From Macrostomum hystrix (taxonomy: Eukaryota > Animalia > Platyhelminthes), in assembly GCA_950097015.1 (NCBI GenBank), contig CATNEN010000007.1, positions 9,858,001 to 9,922,000 on the forward strand: a stretch of DNA of 64,000 nt. The letters run 5' to 3'. This document shows positions 1-13,186 of this stretch, piece by piece; the stretch's first letter is position 1; each line of letters starts with the position of its first letter. The notes under the pieces are model-generated. The model was not told the origin of the DNA and did no database searches. It worked only from the letters and a program-made list of their open reading frames with translations. The position numbers and the translations under genes are program-made.

Positions 1-850
1 TCTTAATGTGTTTACCAGTATTCTAAATGTGCTCACCAGTTTTCTAAATGTGTTTACCAGTATTCTAAATGTGTTTACCAGTATTCTAAATGTGTTTAAC
101 CGTTTTCTAAATGTGTTTACCAGTATTCTAAGTGTGTTTAACAGTTTTCTAAATGTCTTTAACAGTTTTCTAAATGTCTTTACCAGTATTCTAAATGTGT
201 TTACCAGTATTCTAAATATGTTTAACAGTATTCTAAATGTGTTTAACAGTTTTCTAAATGTGGTTAACAGTATTCTAAATGTGTTTACCATACCAGTATT
301 CTAAATGTGTTACCAGTATTCTAAATGTGTTTAACAGTTTTCTAAATGTCTTTAACCGTTTTCTTAATGTGTTTACCAGTATTCTAAATGTGCTCACCAG
401 TTTTCTAAATGTGTTTACCAGTATTCTAAATGTGTTTACCAGTATTCTAAATGTGTTTAACCGTTTTCTAAATGTGTTTACCAGTATTCTAAGTGTGTTT
501 ACCAGTTTTCTAAATGTCTTTAACAGTTTTCTAAATGTCTTTACCAGTATTCTAAATGTCTTTACCAGTATTCTAAATATGTTTAACAGTATTCTAAATG
601 TGTTTACCAGTATTCTAAATGTGTTTACCAGTATTCTAAATGTGTTTAACAGTTTTCTAAATGTGGTTAACAGTATTCTAAAAGTGTTTAACCGTTTTCT
701 AAATGTGTTTATCAGTTCTCTAAATGTGTGTACCAGTATTCTAAATGTGTTGAATAGTTTTCTAAAAGTGTTTATCAGTTGTTCAATTGTGCTTTCCAGT
801 TTTTTAAATGTTTTTACAGTTTTCTTAACGTGTTTATCAGTTTTCTAAAT
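1..850. repeat. 21-bp minisatellite (TTCTAAATGTGTTTACCAGTA)n
   Basis: Direct tandem repeat, degenerating toward ~850. A short remnant of the same unit occurs at ~20030-20105. Confidence 0.95.
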
Positions 851-959
851 GTGTTTAGCATTTTTCAAATGTTTCCAAAATGTTTCTAAAAATTTCCAAT
901 AATTACCAACTTTGTTAATGCGTTTTAAAGTTTTTAAATATGTTGAACGGTTAATAATG

Positions 960-1550
960 GTTATTTGCTGCTGGGGGGGAATTAGTTCTTTGATGCTAGG
1001 GGGGAATTGGTTCTTTGCTGCTGGGGGGGAATTGGTTCTTTGCTGCTGGGGGTAATTAGTTCTCTGCTGCTGGGGGGAATTAGTTCTCTGCTGCTGGTTG
1101 GGGAATTAGTTCTCTGCTGCTAGGGGGGGAATTAGTTCTCTGCTGCTGGGGGGAAATTAGTTCTCTGCTGCTGGGGGTAATTAGTTCTCTGCTGCTGGTT
1201 GGGGAATTAGTTCTCTGCTGCTGGGGGGGGGGAATTAGTTCTCTGCTGCTGGGGGGGAATTAGTTCTCTGCTGCTGGGGGGAATTAGTTCTCTGCTGCTG
1301 GGGGGGGATTTAGTTCTCTGCTGCTGGGGGGAAATTTGTTCTCTGTTGCTGGGGGGAATTAGTTCTCTGCTGCTGGGGGGGGAATTAGTTCTCTGCTGCT
1401 GGGGGGGAATTAGTTCTCTGCTGCTGGGGGGGAATTAGTTCTTTGCTGCTGGGGGGAATTAGTTCTCTGCTGCTGGAGGGAAATTAGTTATTTGCTACTG
1501 AGGGGACATTAGTTCTCTGCTGCTTGGGGGACATTGGTTTTTTACTGCTG
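960..1550. repeat. ~23-bp minisatellite (GGGGGAATTAGTTCTCTGCTGCT)n with variable G run
   Basis: Direct tandem repeat; same unit as 20315-21478. Confidence 0.95.
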
Positions 1551-1941
1551 AGGGGATAGTTTTCACATGTACCTCAGTAGCATTAAGCTGAGTTGTATCA
1601 AACGTAAGCTACTTGTGTAATTTTGCCCCAATGGGGCTCTTGGTGTACAGACCGGATGTCTCAGAATGTATTCAAGCTCAGACTGACTGTTTTTGTATTT
1701 AGTGAGAATTCAAATTCTCTTTGATTCGCAATCACGTATATTCGCAATCAGGGAAATTATTACTGACGAAATAGGTTTTCGTTTTTGTTTGCTTTCAGGT
1801 GTGTTTTTTCCTTCTGCATTGCACAAGATTTTTTGTCTGACCAGTAGTGCTCCCCGAAGTCTGTAAATTCAGCTGCTAAAAAGTATATACTAGACGAATT
1901 AAAAGTATTTCTGCTCCCCGAAGGGGGGCAAAACTTGCTAG

Positions 1942-4900
1942 TCTTATATACTAAAAATGAAAATCTTGCTTGCTTGTTTGCAATCGACTAGCTCCCGAAC
2001 GGCTTAACCGATTTTCACAATTCCTTCGCCAAAAGATCACAATTGGGCCGGAATCGGTACACGTAATTTTATTAAGCTTAATTCCATTGCCAAGGGGATT
2101 AAATATTCGAAAAACAGTTTTAAATAGGCTTTTCTAATGCATTCTTGTTTACAGCTTGTGCACAGTGAGGCTCCAGTGCCAATTTTAATGATTGCATCAG
2201 AGCCAGTTTTGATAACGCACGCGCGTACTGATAAGAACTCACAGGGAGGCTACCCAGAGGGTAGCGAAGGCAGCTAGTAATATACTAAAAATGAAAATCT
2301 TGTTTGTATGTTTGTTTGCAATCGACTAGCTCCCGAACGGCTCAACCGATTTTCAAAATTCCTTCGCCAAAAGATCACAAATGGGCCGGAATCGGTACAC
2401 GTAATTTTATTAAGCTTAATTCCATTGCCAAGGGGATTAAATATTCGAAAACCAGTTTTAAATAGGCTTTTCTAATGCATTCTTGTTTTCAGCTTGTGCA
2501 CAGTGAGGCCTCCAGTGCCAATTTTAATGATTGCATCAGAGCCAGTTTTGATAACGCACGCGCGTACTGATAAGAACTCACAGGGAGGCTACCCAGAGGG
2601 TAGCGAAGGCAGCTAGTCTAATATACTAAAAATGAAAATCTTGCTTGCTTGCTTGTATGTTTGCAATCGACTAGCTCCCGAACGGCTCAACCGATTTTCG
2701 CAATTCCTTCGCCAAAAGATCACAAATGGGCCGGAATCGGTACACGTATTTTTATTAAGCTTAATTTCATTGCCAATGGGATTAAATATTCGAAAAACTG
2801 TTTTAAATAGGCTTTTCTAATGCATTCTTGTTTTCAGCTTGTGCGCAGTGAGGCTCCAGTGCCAATTTTAATGATTGCATCGGAGCCAGTTTTGATAACG
2901 CACTGATAAGAACTCCAGTGAGGCTACCCAGAGGGTAGCGAAGGGCAGCTAGTCTAATATACTAAAAATGAAAATCTTGCTTGCTTGTTTGCAATCGACT
3001 AGCTCCCGAACGGCTCAACCGATTTTCACAATTCCTTCGCCAAAAGATCACAAATGGGCCGGAATCGGTACACGTATTTTTATTAAGCTTAATTCCATTG
3101 GCAAGGGGATTAAATATTCGAAAAACAGTTTTAAATAGGCTTTTCTAATGCATTCTTGTTTTCAGCTTGTGCACAGTGAGGCTCCAGTGCCAATTTTAAT
3201 GATTGCATCAGAGCCAATTTTGATAAGGCACTGATAAGAACTCAAGGGAGGCTACCCAGAGGGTAGCGAAGGCAGCTAGTCTTATATACTAAAAATGAAA
3301 ATCTTGCTTGTATGTTTGTTTGCAATCGACTAGCTCCCGAACGGCTCAACCGATTTTCAAAATTCCTTCGCCAAAAGATCACAAATGGGCCGGAATCGGT
3401 ACACGTAATTTTATTAAGCTTAATTCCATTGGCAAGGGGATTAAATATTCGAAAAACAGTTTTAAATAGGCTTTTATAATGCATTCTTGTTTTCAGCTTG
3501 TGCACAGTGAGGCCTCCAGTGCCAAATTTAATGATTGCATCAGAGCCAGTTTTGATAACGCACGCGCGTACTGATAAGAACTCACAGGGGGCTAGGCTAC
3601 CCAGAGGGTAGCGAAGGCAGCTAGTCTAATATACTAAAAATGAAAATCTTGCTTGCTTGCTTGCTTGCTTGTATGTTTGCAATCGACTAGCTCCCGAACG
3701 GCTCAACCGATTTTCGCAATTCCTTCGCCAAAAGATCACAAATGGGCCCGAATCGGTACACGTATTTTTATTAAGCTTAATTCCATTGCCAAGGGGATTA
3801 AATATTCGAAAAACTGTTTTAAATAGGCTTTTCTAATGCATTCTTGTTTTTAGCTTGTGCACAGTGAGGCTCCAGTGCCAATTTTAATGATTGCATCAGA
3901 GCCAATTTTGATAAGGCACTGATAAGAACTCAATGGAGGCTACCCAGAGGGTAGCGAAGGCAGCTAGTCTTAATATACTAAAAATGAAAATCTTGCTTGC
4001 TTGCTTGCTTGTTTGCAATCGACTAGCTCCCGAACGGCTCAACCGATTTTCGCAATTCCTTCGCCAAAAGATCACAAATGGGCCGGAATCGGTACACGTA
4101 ATTTTATTAAGCTTAATTCCATTGCCAAGGGGATTAAATATTCGAAAAACAGTTTTAAATAGGCTTTTCTAATGCATTCTTGTTTTCAGCTTGTGCACAG
4201 TGAGGCCTCCAGTGCCAATTTTAATGATTGCATCAGAGCCAGTTTTGATAACGCACGCGCGTACTGATAAGAACTCACAGGGAGGCTACCCAGAGGGTAG
4301 CGAAGACAGCTAGTCTTCTTCTAATATACTAAAAATGAAAATCTTTCTTCTAATATACTAAAAATAAAAATCTTGTTTGTATGTTTGTATGTTTGCAATC
4401 GACTAGCTCCCGAACGGCTCAACCGATTTTCGCAATTCCTTCGCCAAAAGATCACAAATGGGCCGGAATCGGTACACGTATTTTTATTAAGCTTAATTCC
4501 ATTGCCAATGGGATTAAATATTCGAAAAACAGTTTTAAATAGGCTTTTCTAATGCATTCTTGTTTTCAGCTTGTGCACAGTGAGGCCTCCAGTGCCAATT
4601 TTAATGATTGCATCAGAGCCAGTTTTGATAACGCACGCGCGTACTGATAAGAACTCACAGGGAGGCTACCCAGAGGGTAGCGAAGGCAGCTAGTCTTCTT
4701 CTAATATACTAAAAATGAAAATCTTGTATGTTTGTTTGCAATCGACTAGCTCCCGAACGGCTCAACCGATTTTCACAATTCCTTCGCCAAAAGATCACAA
4801 TTGGGCCGGAATCGGTACACGTAATTTTATTAAGCTTAATTCCATTGCCAAGGGGATTAAATATTAGAAAAACTGTTTTAAATAGGCTTTTCTAATGCAT

Positions 4901-5036
4901 TCTTGTTTTCAGCTTGTGCACAGTGAGGCCTCCAGTGCCAATTTTAATGATTGCATCAGAGCCAGTTTTGATAACGCACGCGCGTACTGATAAGAACTCA
5001 CAGGGAGGCTACCCAGAGGGTAGCGAAGGCAGCTAG
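1942..5036 (+). mobile_element. Nine head-to-tail copies of a ~330-380 bp non-autonomous Helitron (DINE-1/Lep1-like architecture)
   Basis: Each unit has a T(C)..TATACTAAAAATGAAAATC start, a short (TTGC/TTTG)n microsatellite, an AACGGCTCAACCGATTTT core, and a 3' hairpin CTACCC-AGA-GGGTAG followed by CGAAGGCAG-CTAG. Unit ends at 2277, 2616, 2952, 3279, 3624, 3967, 4313, 4693, 5036. Confidence 0.85.
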
Positions 5037-5634
5037 TAATATACTAAAAATGAACTGTTTACTTACTTGGTTGTAATTGATTTTCTCCCGAACGGCTCAA
5101 CCGATTTTCACCATTTCTTCACCAAAATATGCGAAATATGGGCAGAATTTTACACGTATTTTTATTAAGCTTAACTCCATTGCTAAGGGGATTAAATATT
5201 CGAAAAACATGATTTTGTCAAAGGTCAAACCATCTTGGCCTATTGAGAATTTTAACTCACTGCCACTGAATTAGAATTGCATCGTCAAATTGCGCAACAA
5301 CCCCTAGCTGATTGAATTTGAAGCCTGCACTCTGGAGACAAATTGGAAATAAATGTACACAACCAACCGTGAGACTGAGTGTACTCTATTTTCTCACTTC
5401 ATTGTACAAAGCCAGAACTTTGATAATTCATTTTATAAGGCTGATTTTTGCACCCACTAACCAACAGTCGGAATAGCCGATGTGTAGGCACTAGGAATAG
5501 GTTATAGGCCAGGCTAGGGTTCGATTCTGCACTGCGTCAAATCATTTAAACTAATTTTCAGCCAGTAGTGATTGAAGATTATTTTGATTTATTTTTTTCA
5601 TTTCGTAAATAAAATATCATAAATCATAGCAAAT

Positions 5635-7608
5635 CTGAGTTTGAATCATTGCAACAATAGAGTCTAAATCATGGCAAAACCAGAGTCTGAATCATGGCTA
5701 CACCAGCGTTTGAATCATGGCTAAACCAGAGTCTGAATCATGGCTACACCAGAGTTTGAATCATGGCTACACCAGCGTTTGAATCATGGCTAAACCAGAG
5801 TCTGAATCATGGCTACACCAGAGTTTGAATCATGGCTAAACCAGAGTCTGAATCATGGCTACACCAGAGTTTGAATCATGGCTAAACCAGAGTCTGAATC
5901 ATGGCTAAACCAGAGTTTGAATCATGGCTAAACCAGAGTCTGAATCATGGCTAAACCAGAGTCTGAATCATGGCTACACCAGAGTTTGAATCATGGCTAA
6001 ACCAGAGTCTGAATCATGGCTAAACCAGAGTTTGAATCATGGCTAAACCAGAGCTTGAATCATGGCTAAACCAGCGTCTGAATCATGGCTAAACCAGAGC
6101 TTGAATCATGGCTAAACCAGAGTCTGAATCATGGCAAAACCAGAGTCTGAATCATGGCTAAACCAGAGTTTGAATCATGGCTAAACCAGGGTCTGAATCA
6201 TGGCTAAACCAGAGTTTGAATCATGGCTAAACCAGGGTCTGAATCATGGCTAAAACAGAGTTTGAATCATGGCTAAACCAGGGTCTGAATCATGGCTAAA
6301 ACAGAGTTTGAATCATGGCTAAACCAGGGTCTGAATCATGGCTAAACCAGAGTCTGAATCATGGCTAAACCAGGGTCTGAATCATGGCTAAACCAGAGTT
6401 TGCATCATGGCTAAACCAGAGTCTGAATCATGGCTAAACCAGAGTCTGAATCATGGCTAAACCAGAGTTTGAATCATGGCTAAACCAGAGTCTGAATCAT
6501 GGCTAAACCAGAGTCTGAATCATGGCAAAAATAGAGCTTGAATCATGGCTAAACCAGCGTCTGAATCATGGCTAAACCAGAGCTTGAATCATGGCTAAAC
6601 CAGAGTTTGAATCATGGCTAAACCAGAGTCTGAATCATGGCTAAACCAGAGTCTGAATCATGGCTAAACCAGAGTCTGAATCATGGCAAAACCAGAGTCT
6701 GAATCATGGCTAAACCAGAGTTTGAATCATGGCTAAACCAGGGTCTGAATCATGGCTAAAACAGAGTTTAAATCATGGCAAAACCAGAGTCTGAATCATG
6801 GCTAAACCAGAGTTTGAATCATGGCTAAACCAGGGTCTGAATCATGGCTAAACCAGAGTCTGAATCATGGCTAAACCAGAGCCTGAATCATGGCTAAACC
6901 AGAGTCTGAATCATGGCAAAACCAGAGTCTGAATCATGGCTAAAACAGAGTTTAAATCATAGCTAAACCAGCGTCTGAATCATGGCTAAACCAGAGTTTG
7001 AATCATGGCTAAACCAGAGTTAAAATCAGGGCTAAACCAGAGTTAAAATCATGGCTAAACCAGAGTCTGAATCATGGCTAAACCAGAGTCTGAATCATGG
7101 CTAAACCAGAGTCCGAATCATGGCTAAACCAGAGTTTGAATCATGGCTAAACCAGGGTCTGAATCATGGCTAAACCAGAGTCTGAATCATGGCTAAACCA
7201 GAGTCTGAATCATGGCTAAACCAGAGTCTGAATCATGGCAAAACCAGAGTCTGAATCATGGCTAAAACAGAGTTTAAATCATAGCTAAACCAGCGTCTGA
7301 ATCATGGCTAAACCAGAGTTTGAATCATGGCTAAACCAGAGTTAAAATCAGGGCTAAACCAGAGTTAAAATCATGGCTAAACCAGAGTCTGAATCATGGC
7401 TAAACCAGAGTCTGAATCATGGCTAAACCAGAGTCCGAATCATGGCTAAACCAGAGTTTGAATCATGGCTAAACCAGGGTCTGAATCATGGCTAAACCAG
7501 AGTCTGAATCATGGCTAAACCAGAGTTTGAATCATGGCTAAACCAGAGTCTGAATCATGGCTAAACCAGAGTCTGAATCGTAGCCAACTAGAGTTTGAAT
7601 CATGGCAA
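5635..7608. repeat. 23-bp minisatellite (TGAATCATGGCTAAACCAGAGTC)n
   Basis: Direct tandem repeat inside the long Helitron. Confidence 0.95.
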
Positions 7609-7754
7609 AATTTTTCTTTTGTCATTGAATTGAATTTTGAGTTTGTTATCTCATAACGTCATAATGATATATATTTGTATGGTAAATATTTTGCCTAATA
7701 ATCATTTAATTGTTGTTCTTCTCAATTTTCTACAAAAGAAGCTAATATAAAAAT

Positions 7755-9200
7755 TAACTGGGCAACATTGTCAACTGGGCATCATCATCAATAAGGAGTC
7801 CTCATCAAATGGGGGATCATTGTCAACTGGGGGATCATTGTCAACTGGGGGATCATTGTCAACTGGGTGATCATTGTCAACTGGGGGATCATTGTCAACT
7901 GGGGATCATTGTCAACTGGGGGATCATTGTCAACTGTGAGATCATTGTCAACTGGGGGATCATTGTCAACTGGGGGATCATTGTCAACTGGGGGATCATT
8001 GTCAACTGGGGGATCATCATCAACTGGGGGATCATTGTAAACTGGGGGATCATTGTCAACTGTGGGATCATTGTCAACTGGGGGATCATTGTCAACAAGG
8101 GGATCATTGTGAACTGGGGGATCATTGTCAACTGGGGATCATTGTCAACTGGGGGAACATTGTCAACTGGGGGATCATTGTCAACTGGGGGATCATTGTC
8201 AACTGGGTGATCATTGTCAACTGGGGGATCATTGTCAACTGAGGGATCATTGTCAACTGGGGTATCATTATCAACTGGGGGATCATTGTCAACTTGGGAA
8301 TGATTGTCAAATGGGTGTTCATTGTCAACTGGGGGATCATTGTCAACTGGGAGATCATTGTCAACTGGGGGATCATTGTCAACTGGGGGATCATTGTCAA
8401 CTGGGGTATCATTATCAACTGGGGGATCATTGTCAACTTGGGAATGATTGTCAACTGGGGGATCATTGTCAACTGGGGGGATCATTGTCAACTGGGGGAT
8501 CATTGTCAACTGGGTGATCATTGTCAACTTGGGGATCATTGTCATCTGAGGGATCATTGTCAACTGGGGTATCATTATCAACTGGGGATCATTGTCAACT
8601 GGGGGATCATTGTCAACTGGGGGATCATTGTCAACTGGGGGATCATTGTCAACTGGGTGATCATTGTCAACTGGGGGATCATTGTCAACTGGGGGATCAT
8701 GGTCAACTTGGGGATCATTGTCAACTGTGAGATCATTGTCAACTGGGTGATCATTGTCAACTGGGGAATCATTGTCAACTGGGGGATCATTGTAAACTGG
8801 GGGATCATTGTCAACTGTGAGATCATTGTCAACTGGGGGATCATTGTCAACTGGGGGATCATTGTCAACTGGGGGATCATTGTCAACTGGGGGATCATCA
8901 TCAACTGGGGGATCATTGTCAACTGTGGGATCATTGTCATCTGGGGGATCATTGTCAACAAGGGGATCATTGTGAACTGGGGGATCATTGTCAACTGGGG
9001 ATCATTGTCAACTGGGGGTTCATTGTCAACTGGGGGATCATTGTCAACTGGGGGATCATCATCAACTGGGGGATCATTGTCAACTGGGGATCATTGTCAA
9101 CTGGGGGTTCATTGTCAACTGGGGGATCATTGTCAACTGGGGGATCATCATCAACTGGGGGATCATTGTCAACTGGGGGATCATTGTCAACTGGGGGTTT
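7755..9200. repeat. 18-bp minisatellite (GGGGGATCATTGTCAACT)n
   Basis: Direct tandem repeat; source of the GDHCQL/WGIIVN artefact ORFs. Confidence 0.95.
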
Positions 9201-9300
9201 ATTTTAGCTTTAAAAAGCTGTAAATTCAGCTGCTAAACAGTATATACAAGACGAATTAAAAATATTTCTGCTCCCCGAAGGGGGGCAAAACATGCTAGCA

Positions 9301-9323
9301 TCTAATATACTAAAAATGAAAAT

Positions 9324-9360
<37 letters not shown>

Positions 9361-9653
9361 TTGCAATCGACTAGCTCCCGAACGGCTCAACCGATTTTCG
9401 CAATTCCTTCGCCAAAAGATCACAAATGGGCCGGAATCGGTACACGTAATTTTATTAAGCTTAATTCCATTGGCAAGGGGATTAAATATTCGAAAAACAG
9501 TTTTAAATAGGCTTTTCTAATGCATTCTTGTTTTCAGCTTGTGCACAGTGAGGCTCCAGTGCCAATTTTAATGATTGCATCAGAGCCAGTTTTGATAACG
9601 AACTGATTAAGAACTCACAGGGAGGCTACCCAGAGGGTAGCGAAGGCAGCTAG
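9301..9653 (+). mobile_element. Tenth copy of the short non-autonomous Helitron
   Basis: TCTAATATACTAAAAATG start; CTACCCAGAGGGTAG hairpin; CTAG at 9650-9653. Confidence 0.85.
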
Positions 9654-10249
9654 TCCACTATACTAAAAATGAAATGGTTGGTTGGTTGTAATTGATTTTC
9701 TTCCGAACGGCTGAACCGATTTTCACCATTTCTTCACCAAAAGATGCCAAATATGGGGACAATTTTACACGTATTTTTATTAAGCTTAACTACATTGCTA
9801 AAGGGATTAAATATTCGAAAAACATGATTTTTCAAAGGTCAAACCATCTTGGCCTATTGAGAATTTTACTCACTGCCGCTGAATTGGAATTGCATCGTCA
9901 AATTGCGCAACACCCCCTCGCTGACTGAGTTAGAAGCCTGCACTCTGGAGACAAATTTGAAATAAATGTACACAACACAACCAACCGCGAGACTGAGTGT
10001 ACTCTATTTTCTCACTTCATTGTACAAAGCCAGAACTTTGAGAATTCATTTTATAAGGCTGATTTTTGCACCCACTAACCAACAGTCGGAATAGCCGATG
10101 TGTAGGCACTAGGAATAGGTTATAGGCTAGGCTAGGGTTCGATTCTGCACTGCGTCAAATCATTTAGACTAATTTTCAGCCAGTAGTGATTGAAGATTAT
10201 TTTGATTTTTTTTTTCATTTCGTAAATAAAATATCATAAATCATAGCAA

Positions 10250-11330
10250 ACCTGAGTTTGAATCATGGCAAAAATAGAGCTTGAATCATGGCTAAACCAG
10301 CGTCTGAATCATGGCTAAACCAGAGCTTGAATCATGGCTAAACCAGAGTCTGAATCATGGCTAAACTGGAGTCTGAATCATGGCTAAACCAGGGTCTGAA
10401 TCATGGCTAAACCAGAGTTTGAATCATGGCTAAACCAGGGTCTGAATCATGGCTAAACCAGAGTTTGAATCATGGCTAAACCAGAGTCTGAATCATGGCT
10501 AAACCAGAGTCTGAATCATGGCTAAACCAGAGTTTGAATCATGGCTAACCCAGAGTTTGAATCATGGCTAACCCAGACTTTGAATCATGGCTAAACCAGA
10601 GTCTGAATCATGGCTAAACCAGCGTCTGAATCATGGCTAAACCAGAGTTTGAATCATGGCTAAACCAGAGTCTGAATCATGGCTAAACCAGCGTCTGAAT
10701 CATGGCTAAACCAGAGTCTGAATCATGGCAAAACCAGAGTCTGAATCATGGCTAAACCAGAGTTTGAATCATGGCTAAACCAGGGTCTGAATCATGGCTA
10801 AAACAGAGTTTAAATCATGGCTAAACCAGAGTCTGAATCATGGCTAAACCAGAGTTTGAATCATGGCTAAACCAGGGTCTGAATCATGGCTAAACCAGAG
10901 TCTGAATCATGGCTAAACCAGAGTCTGAATCATGGCTAAACCAGAGTCTGAATCATGGCAAAACCAGAGTCTGAATGATGGCTAAAACAGAGTTTAAATC
11001 ATAGCTAAACCAGCGTCTGAATCATGGCTAAACCAGAGTTTGAATCATGGCTAAACAAGAGTTAAAATCATGGCTAAACCAGAGTTAAAATCATGGCTAA
11101 ACCAGAGTCTGAATCATGGCTAAACCAGAGTCTGAATCATGGCTAAACCAGAGTCTGAATCATGGCTAAACCAGAGTCTGAATCATGGCTAAACCAGAGT
11201 CTGAATCATGGCTAAACCAGAGTCCGAATCATGGCTAAACCAGAGTTTGAATCATGGCTAAACCAGAGTCTGAATCATGGCTAAACCAGAGTCTGAATCA
11301 TGGCTAAACCAGCGTTTGAATCATGGCAAA
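10250..11330. repeat. 23-bp minisatellite (TGAATCATGGCTAAACCAGAGTC)n
   Basis: Direct tandem repeat. Confidence 0.95.
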
Positions 11331-11512
11331 ATTTTTCTTTTGTCATTGAATTGAATTTTGAGTTTGTTATCTCATAACGTCATAATGATATATATTTGTA
11401 TGATAAATATTTTGCCTAATAATCATTTCATTGTTGTTCTTCTCAATTTTCTACAAAAGAAGCTAATATAAAAATTAACTGGGCATCATCATCAATAAGG
11501 AGTCCTCATCAA

Positions 11513-12034
11513 ATGGGGGATCATTGTCAACTGGGGGATCATTGTCAACTGGGGGATCATTGTCAACTGGGTGATCATTGTCAACTGGGGGATCATTGTC
11601 AACTGGAGATCATTGTCAACTGGGGGATCATTGTCAACTGTGAGATCATTGTCAACTGGGGGATCATTGTCAACTGGGTGATCATTGTCAACTGGGGGAT
11701 CATTGTCATCTGAGGGATCATTGTCAACTGGGGTATCATTATCAACTGGGGGATCATTGTCAACTGGGGAATGATTGTCAACTGGGGTATCATTGTCAAC
11801 TGGGGGATCATTGTCAACTGGGGGATCATTGTCAACTGGGTGATCATTGTCAACTGGGGGATCATTGTCATCTGAGGGATCATTGTCAACTGGGGTATCA
11901 TTATCAACTGGGGGATCATTGTCAACTGGGGAATGATTGTCAACTGGGGTATCATTGTCAACTGGGGGATCATTGTCAACTGGGGGATCATTGTCAACTG
12001 TGGGATCATTGTCAACTGGGGGATCATTGTCAAC
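11513..12034. repeat. 18-bp minisatellite (GGGGGATCATTGTCAACT)n
   Basis: Direct tandem repeat. Confidence 0.95.
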
Positions 12035-12076
12035 AATCCTCTCTCTCGTCGTCTAAATATACTAATTTTCACGTGT

Positions 12077-12111
<35 letters not shown>

Positions 12112-13186
12112 TGGTTATCTCCTCCTAGAATACTGACAAGTCAACTTTGAAACTTATATGGGAAAATGGGAAATTTTCCTGGTCAGGCTATAGGCTATTT
12201 TAATTCTGAAATTTCGAATTCTATGATCCTGAAAAAAGCAGAAAGGCTATTAAGTAGTATATAGTAGGCAAATGTCCTTCCCGCTGTGATGAAATTGGCC
12301 TCGGTTAAATGAGTTGCGTCAACATTTTGTGCCTATCTGTTTAGTGTATTTTCTCTCCAGTGGAGGGTTGGCAGTCGGTTTGAAAAAAAATACGGCGGAG
12401 AGGTGGCCGTACGCACAGTCTAACTGCCTCTGTGTATTGGCGGAGAGAGGGTGCCGTTAGTCAGTTCTATTGAGGGGTCTGATTTGTTCAATATTGAAGT
12501 GCGTACAATGGGCAGGGCAGAGTTGGCTGAGTTAAAATTCAATTTATAAAATTGCGGGCCTCTCAGTGTAGGCGGAGAAGAATGTGCTTACTAAACTGGC
12601 TGCCCTTTGCAGAAATTTCAACTGAGAATTATTATTTTGCTTTTTTTAGATTTGTGGATAAAATTTGTACTGCTGGAGAGAACTTGAAGTTCTAAATCCA
12701 GAGATATAAATTTCATTGCTGAATTCCGAAAATTGGGGATGCCAAGGGCAAATAAAGTTTTTATAATTTTGCAATGCTTTCAGCTGAGTGTACAGTGTCT
12801 CGGCGAGATTGCTAAGGAGAGAGAATTCGCCACAATACAGTTTCACACATTCCTATTCTCGAAGGCGGGCTGTTGAATTTTATTTATTGAAATTCGCACC
12901 TCTGACTGAGCGGGGCCCGGAGAACTGGCTGTCGTCAATATTAATGGCTCGGACTTCACCTGTTTTAACGGGTGGGGTTTAATTTAAAGTTGATGGAGTT
13001 CGCGCGATATGATTTCTAGCCCCATCTTATCCGAAAGTTGTCGTCTATTTTAATTCTGAAGATTCTGGGCATGGTAGCTAAAGAAAAATTGGTCAATTTT
13101 GAATTGTTTTCAACAGTTTAGTCGGACAAAAGGCGGTTTACGCACATTGCTACTTTCAGACATCATTGGGTGAGGAGTTTTTGGTT

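Larger units (their letters stand above)
1..1941 (+). mobile_element. 3' part of a non-autonomous Helitron-like element (5' end outside the window)
   Basis: Ends with hairpin CCCCGAAGGGG followed by AAAACTTG-CTAG (1938-1941). The same ~80-bp 3' module recurs at ~9220-9298 and ~22720-22797. Confidence 0.75.
5037..9298 (+). mobile_element. Long (~4.3 kb) non-autonomous Helitron carrying 23-bp and 18-bp minisatellites
   Basis: 5' TAATATACTAAAAATGAA plus the AACGGCTCAACCGATTTT core; 3' CCCCGAAGGGG hairpin then CTAG at 9295-9298. Confidence 0.75.
9654..12048 (+). mobile_element. Second copy of the long Helitron, 3'-truncated
   Basis: TCCACTATACTAAAAATG start; colinear with 5037-9200 (23-bp array ~10250-11330, 18-bp array ~11513-12034) but lacks the hairpin end. 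Confidence 0.7.

Noticed and set aside
1942-5036. CRISPR-like array or tandem gene cluster
   Set aside because: Units are near-identical along their full length with no unique spacers, the context is eukaryotic, and the termini are Helitron-like.
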